49,189 nucleotides of DNA from Octopus bimaculoides (Eukaryota), in contig NC_068999.1 in the NCBI RefSeq assembly GCF_001194135.2, forward strand, positions 37,097,900 to 37,147,088, read 5' to 3'. Position 1 is the first letter of the stretch, and each line of letters begins with the position of its first letter. The notes beneath the pieces were generated by a model. The model made no database searches, was not told the DNA's origin, and saw only the letters and a program-made list of their open reading frames with translations. The position numbers and the translations under genes were made by a program. Positions 24,636 to 35,150 of this stretch are shown here, piece by piece.

Positions 24636-24863
24636 ATTTCTTTACTACCCACAAGGGGCTACACACAGAGGGGACAAACAAGGACAGACAAATGGATTAA
24701 ATCGATTATATCGACCCCAGTGCGTAACTGGTACTTATTTAATCGACCCTGAAAGGATGAAAGGCAAAGTCGACCTCGGCGGAATTTGAACTCAGAACGT
24801 AGCGGGCAGACGAAATACCGCTAAGCATTTCGCCCAGTGTGCTAACGGTTCTGTGCTAACACC
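24636..24863 (-). mobile_element. tRNA-derived SINE (family 1), young, with 17-bp target-site duplication
   Basis: ATTTCACCATATGTGTT at 24619-24635 and 24864-24880; body is a near-identical reverse complement of the 27.0-kb copy. Confidence 0.92.
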
Positions 24864-25094
24864 ATTTCACCATATGTGTTTTATAGCATCAAGGCAATTA
24901 GCCAGCATTGCCACAGAACCAAGTGAAAGATAAATTGATGCTTGCGAGGCTTTCAAATTTGACCTCTTTACTAAAATACCTTACTGTTTTACCTTTTTCT
25001 GTTTGCCTAATTAGGAAATGATAAAATAAAGAATATTCGATAACAAATTTTTCCTTTAATTGTATTTGGAATATTTTTTATTCTTTGTCCAAAG

Positions 25095-25201
25095 GATCTG
25101 GTCACATTGAGAGCAATACAAGATGTTAATGTTCCTAAATTTCTGGTTGATGATTTAAAATTATTCAATGGAATTGTTTCAGATCTGTTTCCAAACACTA
25201 A
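25095..25201 (+). CDS. DNAH1: Dynein heavy chain exon: DLVTLRAIQDVNVPKFLVDDLKLFNGIVSDLFPNT(K)
   Basis: AAG acceptor, GTaagt donor, 107 nt, phase 0/2; DVNVPKFL and IVSDLFP motifs. Confidence 0.94.
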
Positions 25202-25492
25202 GTAAGTTACTGCCTTTATATAACAACATCTTTGCAACATTATTAATTGAGGGTTTACTTATAGATTTTTAGTGCCAAATTTTGAGTCTTTGGATTAAAT
25301 TACATTTAAAATTATTTTTCTAAACATTAACAGAGAATACAAAAAAAAAAAGGTGGTTTTGGTATTCCTTAGTAAAATACTCTTTTCTGTAACCATTTTG
25401 TCTGATTTAGAATATATGGTTTATATCTATTGAGAATTAACAGTTCAATAATGTATAAATGATCAAACTAATTTATTCTTTTAAATATAAAG

Positions 25493-25572
25493 GGAAGAAC
25501 CAGTTGATTATGGATCGTTGGATACAGCACTGAAGAGAGCATGTAGAAAATTCAATCTTAAAGCTGTACAAG
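25493..25572 (+). CDS. DNAH1: Dynein heavy chain exon: (K)EEPVDYGSLDTALKRACRKFNLKAVQ(G)
   Basis: AAG acceptor, GTatgt donor, 80 nt, phase 2/1; fits between neighbouring exons by phase and homology. Confidence 0.9.
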
Positions 25573-25602
25573 GTATGTAATACATTTTACATAAGGAGAT
25601 AT

Positions 25603-25771
25603 TCCTCCTCTTCAACTTCCCCTCTCTTCTGCTTCCTCTTTCCCTTTCTTCTCCTTCCTCTTCCCTTTTCTCCTCCTCTTCCACTTCCTCTCTCTCTCTT
25701 CTGCTTCCTCTTTCTCCCCCTCTTCCCTTCTCTCTTCCACTTCCTCTTCTACTTCCCCTTTCTCTTCCCTT
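25603..25771. repeat. Polypyrimidine (CT-rich) low-complexity tract
   Basis: About 170 nt almost entirely C/T on the plus strand. Confidence 0.9.
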
Positions 25772-25801
25772 TAAAATTCCTGATCTGCAATACCTATCCC
25801 T

Positions 25802-26113
25802 TTGATAAGTCCCCCTGTACAGTGTAAGATGAAGCCACAGGTTAACTGTAAGGTTAGGAATGTAGTGTATAGCTTACGATGTACTGAGGGATGGTGCAAA
25901 AACACGACAACTGCTTACATTGGAAAGACTGCATGCAGCATAGGAGAGCAAATAGGTGAACACTGGCAAGAGCTCAAAGAAGGGAAAAGCTTGTCAGTGC
26001 TCTACCAACATGCTCAGACAGAACATGGAGGCTTGATTAATAGTATAGAGGTTAAAGTACTATCGACATATACAACTGATACAACACTTAGATCACAGAA
26101 ACTACACACATAA
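25802..26113 (+). mobile_element. GIY-YIG endonuclease remnant of a second PLE family
   Basis: CKVRNVVYSLRC...AYIGKT..SIGEQIGEH...SVLYQH matches the PLE GIY-YIG pattern; sequence unrelated to the 33.9-kb copy. Confidence 0.75.
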
Positions 26114-27024
26114 CAGTAGACAGACCGAGCCTCAATAAAAAACACGAATGGAACAGTAACACCCACCACCACACCACACCACACCACATAACTAAAGACA
26201 GTTGGGATGAGAAGAGAGAGGGAAAAAAATAATAGAAATAAATAGATAAACCATAAATAATACACAGAAACATACAGGGTAATACACACACAATAGACAG
26301 ATATGCACTTACCTATGAGGAATAGAGATTGATGTATAAAAATAGAGGGGAAAAATAATAATAAGTAAATAAGTAAATAGATAAATAAATAAATCAATAA
26401 ATATATCTGTGATAAATATAAGACATAGAAATAGATAAAATAAATAAATAAAACTATATAAAGGGCTTGGATACATACTACATATAAAGCAAACGCACAC
26501 ACACACACGTGAAATTTCATGGACAGTTATAATGATGTCAACAATACAACTATCAGCAGCAGCAGCAGTGATGCTAAGGATGGCAAGAACAACAACAACA
26601 ATCACGTTAGCAACACTGTGATCAAACATTCATACACAGGAATACAGCAACTGTACCATTTCCTTCATTTTTTTTTTTTTTTTCCGGATCTTAGGACAGC
26701 AGCAGCACAATGAGGTGAGAGGATGGGACAGAGGGGAAGGCCACACTGCTGCTAAAAGCTATGACACACACACACACACACACACANNNNNNNNNNNNNN
26801 NNNNNNNNNNNNNNNNNNNNNNNNNNNNNNNNNNNNNNNNNNNNNNNNNNNNNNNNNNNNNNNNNNNNNNNNNNNNNNNNNNNNNNNNNNNNNNNNNNNN
26901 NNNNNNNNNNNNNNNNNNNNNNNNNNNNNNNNNNNNNNNNNNNNNNNNNNNNNNNNNNNNNNNNNNNNNNNNNAACACACACACAAACAAGGACACAAGT
27001 GCATGCACGCATAAGGATACACAT

Positions 27025-27255
27025 GGCGGCGAGCTGGCAGAAACGTTAGCACACCGGGCGAAATGCTTAGCGGTATTTCGTCTGCCACTGCGTTCTGAGT
27101 TCAAATTCCGCCGAGGTCGACTTTGCCTTTCATCCTTTCGGGGTCGATTAAATAAGTACCAGTGTGTAACTGGAGTCGATATAATCGACTTAATCCGTTT
27201 GTCTGTCCTTGTTTGTCCCCTCTGTGTGTAGCCCCTTGTGGGTAGTAAAGAAATA
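27025..27255 (+). mobile_element. tRNA-derived SINE (family 1), full length
   Basis: GGCGGCGAGCTGGCAGAA...GAGTTCAAATTCC (box B-like)...GTAAAGAAATA; ACACAT on both flanks (possible TSD). Confidence 0.92.
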
Positions 27256-27467
27256 ACACATCTTAGAAGAATAGAATGGTGTAAGTGAAGCAATAGCACT
27301 AATGGAAATGAAATGTGTCACTGAAGAGGTCACAGATGTGTGAGGAAAGTTTTCCAGACAATGGACATGAATTCAAATAATAAAGTAAGAACAATAATAA
27401 ACAAGCAAAGAAAAAATATATTTAGTGTGTGTGTTTATTTGGCAGAAAAGAAAAATAAATGACCATA

Positions 27468-27948
27468 GGCACAGGAGTGGCTGTGTGGTAAGTAGCTTGC
27501 TTACCAACCACATGGTTTTGGGTTCAGTCTCACTGCATGGCACCTTGGGCAAGTGTCTTCCACTATAGCCTTGGGTCAACCAAAGCCTTGTGAGTGGATT
27601 TGGTAGACAGAAACTGAAAGAAGCCTGTCGTATGTATATATATATATATATATATNNNNNNNNNNNNNNNNNNNNNNNNNNNNNNNNNNNNNNNNNNNNN
27701 NNNNNNNNNNNNNNNNNNNNNNNNNNNTATAATGTGTGTGTATATGTTTGTGTGTCTCTGTTTGTCCCTCTGCCATCACTTGACAACTGATGCTGGTGTG
27801 TTTACATCCACGTAACCTAGCGGTTCAGCAAAAGAAACTGATAGAATAAGTGCTAGGCTTACAAAGAATAAGCTCTGGGGTCAATTTGTTTGACTAAAGG
27901 CAGTGCTCCAGCATGGCCACAGTCAAATGAATGAAACAATCGAAAGAA
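27468..27948 (+). mobile_element. tRNA-derived SINE (family 2) with internal (TA)n/(TG)n microsatellite and N gap
   Basis: Box A TGGCTGTGTGG, box B-like GGGTTCAGTC, body GCCTTGTGAGTGGATTTGGTAGACAGAAACTG, 3' GCTCCAGCATGGCCACAGTCAAATGA. Confidence 0.85.
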
Positions 27949-28009
27949 TCCCAAAATACAACAATATTTTAAAATCTTGTATTTTTTTCTTTTGTGGTTT
28001 TATTGAAAG

Positions 28010-28101
28010 GTTTTATCCACAAATGTATCCAACTTTATGAAACGACAGTGGTTCGCCATGGTCTGATGCTTGTAGGACCAACTGGCTCGGGTAAAACAAA
28101 G
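28010..28101 (+). CDS. DNAH1: Dynein heavy chain exon, AAA2 Walker A: (G)FIHKCIQLYETTVVRHGLMLVGPTGSGKTK
   Basis: AAG acceptor, GTaagt donor, 92 nt, phase 1/0; VRHGLMLVGPTGSGKT. Confidence 0.96.
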
Positions 28102-29239
28102 GTAAGTTATCTGAAAATATTTTCTTGAAAAATCATAGAATTATGGGAATATGTGAACAGGTAAAATATTAGAATATCAGGTGAAGCTCTCAGAGATTCA
28201 TTAACTCTCTGATAAAATATTTCATGAATGATTCAATAATGATTCAATAATGAGATATAATAGTATTCTAGAGATTGAAACTGACTATCCTGTAGTGTTT
28301 GCTCTCTCTTTCTCTCTGTCTGTATCTCTTGCTTTCTGTGCTGCCCTCTACTCTTCTGCATCCCTTTATCATCCCTAGCCGACAATTTTTGTCTCTTCCT
28401 CCCTTCACTTCAACCCATTTTGACAGTCTGCCCTCCCCGATGCACCTTCCCATGCAATCTTACACACCATCCATCTAACCACTTCTATGTAGCTTGAGCC
28501 TCGTCTGGTCATGTGGATGCCTTATCACTATTCTGTCTTGCGTCTTCTACAGATCATCTCTCTCACTTTGTTAATGTTCCAAACTGCATAGCAACTTCAA
28601 CAGTGCAGGTGGCGTGAACAAAGCCCTCAGTCCCCACTGTAAAGTAGTTGATGTTAGAAAGGGCATCCAACCAAAGCAAAAAAACTGAAGTTCAGTGCAG
28701 TTCTTGTACACATTGGTTCCTATCAAACCATCCGATCCATGCCAGCTTGGAACATGCTCATTGTATGGTGATGATGGTGTGTGTGTGTCCGTCCATATCT
28801 ATCATACAGGAGCCATGGAATTTTGTAGACACCAACTAATAAAGCCAATAGTATTTGGCCTCTTCACCTAGTTCAATTCCTATTCCCAATCCATAATAGT
28901 CATTCCTTTCTGCTTCTGCTTTGGGATCCTGAGGCACACATCTGTCGTGCTCTCACCCTGTGCCTCCTTGAACAAGTTGCAGGTTTATTGCTCATTGTAC
29001 TGGCATTAGTGGGGAGATTGCAATATATTTTTTGAATGGATCCCTCTAACTAAGATTGGATATGCGGTATGATTGTTCTTCTGAGCCTCTTTCTTACTGC
29101 AAGAAATCTTCCTTTGCCCCTATCATTAAGAATTCAGTTGAATTCTTCTCTCTACAGAGAAGATCTTCATTGGGAGGTGAAGAGGATACTTTGCTGGTCT
29201 TCTAAATCTATCCGGGTGGATATTAAGTGCGTCTAAGAG

Positions 29240-29465
29240 TGAAGATTAACCTCACTGAACCTGAAGTCATAAAGGCAATTAAAATGCTCAAACGTGGCAA
29301 GGTTCCCGGGGAGAACAAAATTTGGTTGGAGATATGAAAAGTGTTAAACAGAGAAAATAGTGCCTGGCTGAATTGTGCATATCAGGTGGTTTGAACATCT
29401 GGAAAGAGACTAAAGCAATGGCAATCCAGAGGGATAATCCCAATTTTCAAAAAAGAAGACAGGTG
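29240..29465 (+). mobile_element. RTE LINE RT N-terminal fragment
   Basis: EVIKAIKMLKRGKVPGENKI..EI..L...W..GIIPIFKKED. Confidence 0.75.
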
Positions 29466-29757
29466 GCTAAATTTTGAAGCTAACCTGAGATGTGACCCAG
29501 AGCACTTTTAAAAACTTTGGTGATTTCAAATGGAATGACCCATTGAGAAAAAACACAAATTTATGACAATCCATTATAAATGTTTCTATGCTTTTGAGGA
29601 TATACTTATATATTGAAAATTGGGATTATCCCTCNNNNNNNNNNNNNNNNNNNNNNNNNNNNNNNNNNNNNNNNNNNNNNNNNNNNNNNNNNNNNNNNNN
29701 NNNNNNNNNNNNNNNNNNNNNNNNNNNNNNNNNNNNNNNNNNNNNNNNNNNNNNNNN

Positions 29758-29789
<32 letters not shown>

Positions 29790-30654
29790 TCAAAATAGGA
29801 TAAAACTCTTTTACAAGAATTTTATCAAGAAGCTAGTGTGTAAAAAAATTCATAAGGGAAATTTCTATTCCCAAGAATATAATTATTCGTTTATATTTAT
29901 ATAAAGGGCATTATTACAGAAAAATAATAATATATATATATATATATATATACGAGTACACATATACATACACAATACGCATGCATACACGCATATAGAC
30001 TAGGTTGTATGGTTTAGAAATTTGCATCTTGGGTGAGTGTCATCCATTATACATTTGAGACAGTCAAAAGCCTTATGAGTGGACTTGGTAGACAGAAACT
30101 AAAACAAGTTCCTCCTATACTGATATACCCATTTGATCTTGCTTCCTCTTCTGTCTGCCATTCACTGCATTCACCTATCCCATCACCTCTAGCCGCCTAT
30201 TGTTCTTACACTCTTGAAAACTTACACACCACCACTCCTCTTCTTTTCACCCTATCCTCTTCATAGTCACCCTCTTGTATCTTGAGGGTGCTAACATCTC
30301 TTTCTCTTTGCAACTGGGATAACTACATATCTCCTTTACAGTAAAACAGTTGACCCTATTTCCTCTTAAAACCTGGCATAAAGCCACCTCCCTCAAAACT
30401 ACAACCCCACTCTGATGAGGGGGTTTGGTTTATGACTTGGTGACCTCACTAGTGACAAAACTATGTAAAAGATTACCTGGTACATTCTACAAAGCGGTTG
30501 GTATAAGGAAGGGCATCTAACCATAAGGACCATGTCATAGCAGACATTGCTGCTTCACACAGTACTTCAGAACTATTGGATCCTGTCAAATGATACAATC
30601 CATTCCAATAATGAAGGCTGATGCTATATGAGTATTTAAAATATTCTGTTTCAG

Positions 30655-30809
30655 TGTTATGAAGTATTGAAATGTGCCATAACCTCATTGAAAGGAGAAA
30701 TGTCACCGTCAGGAGAACCCTTTGAGAAAGTCCAATCTTTTGTGTTAAATCCTAAGTCTATAACAATGGGTCAGTTATATGGTGAATTTGATCTTCTAAC
30801 CCATGAATG
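30655..30809 (+). CDS. DNAH1: Dynein heavy chain exon: [51 protein letters not shown](W)
   Basis: ttcAG/GTaatt, 155 nt, phase 0/2; [13 protein letters not shown] motif. Confidence 0.96.
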
Positions 30810-31199
30810 GTAATTGTATTATTTTCTCATTTAATTTTTAGTATTTTATTTACTGTTATATCATAGTATTAGATATTGATAAAATTGCAGTATAAATTAA
30901 CCTATTTTCACCAAGTTTATAACTAAAACTAGTATTACATGTTGTACTACACTACTGCAGCCTTTATTAACCTATGTTAAAATACTTCTATATTTACTCC
31001 TGTCACCTGTTCAATAAAAGCACAGGTCTATTACAACTGCATGTTTTATAGTTGTTTCTGTCCCTCAAACATGAAACATACATGACTAACACCTGACTAA
31101 GTTGAGTATGCAATGTCCTCTTTGGAGAAGAGTGGTTTCCTTTTTTTATTAATTAGTGAATAGATGAAATGTTGTACACAGGACCATTGTACCAAGTCC

Positions 31200-31580
31200 T
31201 AGAATAGTGAGTTTCTTGCAAATGTAGGTTAACATCTGCAGGGAAAAAGTAGAGCAAGGATGGAATTCTAGAGAGTATCAGTTCTGAAGAAGAAAGAAAG
31301 GGGAGATACTTAGCATTGAATCTGGCAGATGAAACTGAAATAGGCATCTCAAGAGAATAAGCGACTGGTGTGTCATTGAACAAATGTGTGAGAGGAGGAA
31401 GATCTTCTACAGTAGGCTGGTTGAAACCAGTTGCAGTAATGCAGACGGAAGAGACAGTGCATCTGTGTTGATGGTTGAAATATGTTGGTGCCTAAATCTT
31501 TGACAATCAGCTAAATGATCATCTTTTTGGATGAGGTCTAAGCAGTTTGTTTACATAACAGTAGCATTAGTGGGAGGCGG
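31200..31580 (-). mobile_element. Probable CR1/L2-group LINE 3' fragment
   Basis: Minus-strand ARFNAKYLPFL...IPSLLYFFPADVNLHL resembles the RT C-terminus pattern RT..Y..SF...LWN.LP..VFP...NL..FK; weak. Confidence 0.45.
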
Positions 31581-32782
31581 CGGGGTGCTGCTTCAGAAAA
31601 TCTTTAGTTGTTTTAATATTGTGTAAAAGGAAACAAACATATAAAAAGAAAATTTATACATAAACTTGATTGGTTTGCGTTTTAGCCACTGCTGGGGAAT
31701 GAATTTAATTTGTTCACTGAACTCCACTACAAAGTTCCCTTTGTTTTTCAAAAATACCCACTAAATTACAAAATAAGGGGGGAAAATATGCCCTATTTTT
31801 CAAATCCTACCAGCAACGCTGTAGCTGGAATCAAGAAAATAAATCTAATTCTACACTTTATTACATTCAAGAATATAAACATGTTTTTAAGCACAACACA
31901 CACAGAGTCAAAAAGAAACACTGCCCTTCACCAGCACACCAGGGTTGGCACTGCGTGAACCACATTGCTCTCTTTCCCTAGTGTGCAGCTTCCTGTCTCA
32001 GACATATGAGCATGCATACAACAGCCAAACACCGTGTCTCTGGAACTGTGAAGTGCATAGTTCCATACAAGGAGTTTTGTATTTTTTTTTTTTTCATAAA
32101 CTAGGGGATGGCTACTGACATTAGGCTTAAGGATTATATAATGTACACATGTAAAGAAAGAATTAAAGCAAAAAAAAAGATTCATTATATTGAATGTTAT
32201 CGATAATATTGAGTGGAAATAGGGGGAGCTGCAGTTCCACAGTGCCTATACACGAGCTACCACTGAATAGCATAGTATGAAATTTGTGAATTATTTAGGT
32301 CTTAATTCAACTTGTAAACAGTCATTAACTGATTGGGTTGAAACATATTCTAGTTATGAAGAGAAAGCTTAATTTCAAATTTTACAAATGGGGTTGCTTT
32401 AAAAGATTCACTGTACCATAGTTGTAACTTCACTGTACCATAGTTGTGCCTGCATGTTACTACTTTGACATTGTTGCAAAGTATTGCTCAACACAATATT
32501 ACTGTTATACTATGTAAGGGTATAGTTGAGTGGTACAACAGTTTGCCAGTTAAGTTTGCATTAGTGACAGTAAGAGCTGAACTAATGTTTTGGTGGTTTG
32601 TATCAAGAAAACCATGTGCTCAGTACCAGTTTCTACAATAAAGAATGCAAGAGATTATAAAAAAAATATAATTACACTCAAAGGGTTATATCCTTCAGTA
32701 TAGGTTTCAACAATAGTAAAAGATTTGTAATATTGTCATATCTACTTGAAACTGAAAGTATTGCCTTGATATTATTTTCTAG

Positions 32783-32960
32783 GACTGATGGTATACTATC
32801 CTCTTTGATACGTGCCTCTATAGGAAGTCAGAATACTGATAAGAAATGGTACATATTTGATGGGCCTGTAGATGCAGTTTGGATTGAAAACATGAACACT
32901 GTTCTAGATGACAATAAAAAACTGTGTCTGAGTAGTGGTGAGATCATCAAGTTGGAAGAG
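32783..32960 (+). CDS. DNAH1: Dynein heavy chain exon: (W)[59 protein letters not shown]
   Basis: tctAG/GTaaag, 178 nt, phase 2/0; [25 protein letters not shown] motif. Confidence 0.97.
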
Positions 32961-33098
32961 GTAAAGTTGTGCTTTCTAGTTGCTTTGACACAAATGAAAT
33001 AATAATAATAATATTCCTCTGATTAATCAGTAAAGTGTTGTTCACTTTGCTATTTTTCAGAGAAGATATTTGAATGGATTTCTTACTTTCTAATTCAG

Positions 33099-33293
33099 TG
33101 CATGACAATGATGTTTGAAGTTCAGGATCTTGCAGTTGCTTCACCTGCAACTGTCAGTCGATGTGGCATGGTATATTTAGAACCAAGTATTTTAGGACTG
33201 AATCCTTTTGTAGAATGCTGGTTAAATAGTATACCACCATCCATTCAGCCCTTTAAAGAAAAATTGGCAGAACTTTTTGATCTATTTTTAAAG
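33099..33293 (+). CDS. DNAH1: Dynein heavy chain exon: CMTMMFEVQDLAVASPATVSRCGMVYLEPSILGLNPFVECWLNSIPPSIQPFKEKLAELFDLFLK
   Basis: ttcAG/GTaaga, 195 nt, phase 0/0; ASPATVSRCGMVY motif; the upstream intron is only 138 nt. Confidence 0.97.
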
Positions 33294-33634
33294 GTAAGAA
33301 TTTTTTCTGTCAAATATGAAATAGGAAGGCTTGCAATGCATCCCCGTCATTATTTTTGCAAGACCAACCATTTAAACCCTGTGATTTTCCCCCTCCTCCT
33401 TACACAACCATTCAGTGCTTCCAGTGTCAAGAACCACTTTCATTGCAAATATAAAGGCTGCTATGTCTTTTCCTAATTTTCTCTGTTAATTGGTTAATTA
33501 GTTTCACCTTGTAATTTCTCCTTGTACAGTTTCTGTTGTAATTTATAACTACTTTTTTGATAAAGCTTATCAATTTTACATTATTTTATATTATTTACAT
33601 TTGACGGATATTTGTCCTCATCTTGTTTGTTATT

Positions 33635-33680
33635 AACACATCGTTTCGGCTGATATACCCTCCAGCCTTCTTCAGGTGTC
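33635..33680 (-). ncRNA. Minimal hammerhead-ribozyme-like motif in the 3' pseudo-LTR
   Basis: Minus strand GACAC-CTGAAGA-A-GGCTGG-AGGGTATA-TCAGCC-GAAA-C-GAT-GTGTT: core boxes, stem II and stem I (GACAC/GTGTT) are present. The cleavage triplet reads GAU instead of GUH. Confidence 0.7.
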
Positions 33681-33748
33681 TTGGGGAAATTTCGGACCTG
33701 AGTTCTCATTCCTAAGGTATTTTTCGATGTTATTATTATTATTGATCA

Positions 33749-33821
33749 GGTCACTCCTCGGAATCGATCTCAGAATGTTGGGGCTATTAGGCTGCACTCT
33801 TAACCACTACGTCATATGCCC
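33749..33821 (-). promoter_or_regulatory. tRNA-derived box A/box B cassette inside the 3' pseudo-LTR
   Basis: 73-nt tRNA-like string GGGCATATGACGTAGTGGTTAAGAG...AGATCGATTCC...GTGACC; the boxes are degenerate in this copy. Confidence 0.55.
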
Positions 33822-33850
33822 GAGGGCAATTATGGAGTGAATTTTAGGGC

Positions 33851-34318
33851 TTATAAGTCTAATATTTTCTTATCCTTCCTTAATACCAGTTCCCATATGC
33901 TGTTCATATCTGCACTCAGTCTGCTTAGGAGGTTGTTGTGTCCTAGCATATGTGCTGCTTCATTTAGTTTTCGTATTTTCCAGTGGTGTTCTCTGTCTAT
34001 TATTTTAACTTCATCCCACAAGGGGAGGCGGTCTACAGTTTTCCATACATGATCAGCTATACCCGATTTATCAATATCTCCTTGTGTCATAGCTTTGCGA
34101 TGTTCATCTACCCTTATTTGGAGGGGGCGGTATGTTTCTGCTTTATATAACCTACCACAGCTGCATGGGATGGAGTACACACAGTCTTTGGTCATATTCT
34201 CTTCTATTGGTAGATTTACTCGAAGGAGATATTTGCGAATTGTTGTATTACACTTGAATACTGTCCTGATGTCATATGGGCCGCATATCTTTTGTATCTT
34301 TTCAGAGAGGCCTTTCAC
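33851..34318 (-). pseudogene. GIY-YIG endonuclease domain of the Penelope-like element
   Basis: ORF with CVYSIPCSCGRLYKAETYRPLQIRVDEH...SGIADH...WDEVKIIDREHHW, a degenerate VY..C.CG..YIGET.R..R..EH signature. Confidence 0.9.
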
Positions 34319-35009
34319 ATAGGGTAGACAGACCGTGGAGAGTTAATAGATTATTACTGAGCTTGATCATTTCTTTGTGGTGTGTATCACGATCGCAACT
34401 TATATTCTTTGCACGATCTTTTAGGCATTGAGGTTCTTTGCTGCATTGTATTGGCTATCTTAATTGGAAAGTCTGACATATCGTCTGATAACCTTTTCAA
34501 TATGTCTCTATGGTGCTTTAATGTAGTTTACATCAAAAGTTTATCCTTTGTCACCATTTTGAAAAGTTTGTTAGTACCCTCCCCACTTATTTATTGTGTT
34601 TTGCATCTGCCTTCAACTCAGCATTTGCATTGAGAAGAGAATAACTGAGGAGTTTTTATGTTATTATTTATGTTTTGGTTGTTCCATATATTGTTGATGT
34701 GATTGCAGTTTTCTTTATGCTGCTGTTTTGATGGTAGTAGTGGTGGTGGTGGTGGGAGTGATGAGTTCTCTGGTTTCCCATCAACTTTTTGCTAAATAAG
34801 ACAACCAACAATGTAATTTTCATCCTCTTCCTGCTCATGACGACCGTTTGCTATGGCCTTGGTCTTGTCTCCCAGGCCTTTCGTCTATTACACAACAACC
34901 TCCTAAGCAGACTGAGTGCAGATATGAACAGCATATGGGAACCGGTATTAAGGAAGGATAAGAAATTATTAGACTTATAAGCCCTAAAATTCACTCCATA
35001 ATTGCCCAC

Positions 35010-35082
35010 GGGCATATGGCGTAGTGGTTAAGAGTGCAGCCTACTAGCCCCAACATTCCAAGTTCGATTCCGAGCAGTGACC
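35010..35082 (+). promoter_or_regulatory. tRNA-derived box A/box B cassette inside the inverted pseudo-LTR
   Basis: Box A TGGCGTAGTGG, box B GTTCGATTCC, partial acceptor stem; anticodon arm not canonical. Confidence 0.62.
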
Positions 35083-35150
35083 TGATCAATGATAATAATA
35101 ACATCGAAAAATACCTTAGGAATGAGAACCCAGGTCTGAAATTTCCCCAA

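Noticed and set aside
26014-26629. Hydrophobic 106-168 aa minus-strand ORFs resembling membrane proteins
   Set aside because: They come from A-rich low-complexity DNA and (CAG)n/(AAC)n tracts, which translate to F/L/Y/I/V-rich strings.
35010-35082. Functional tRNA gene
   Set aside because: Mismatched acceptor stem, no proper anticodon stem, no T-run terminator, and embedded in a PLE repeat.
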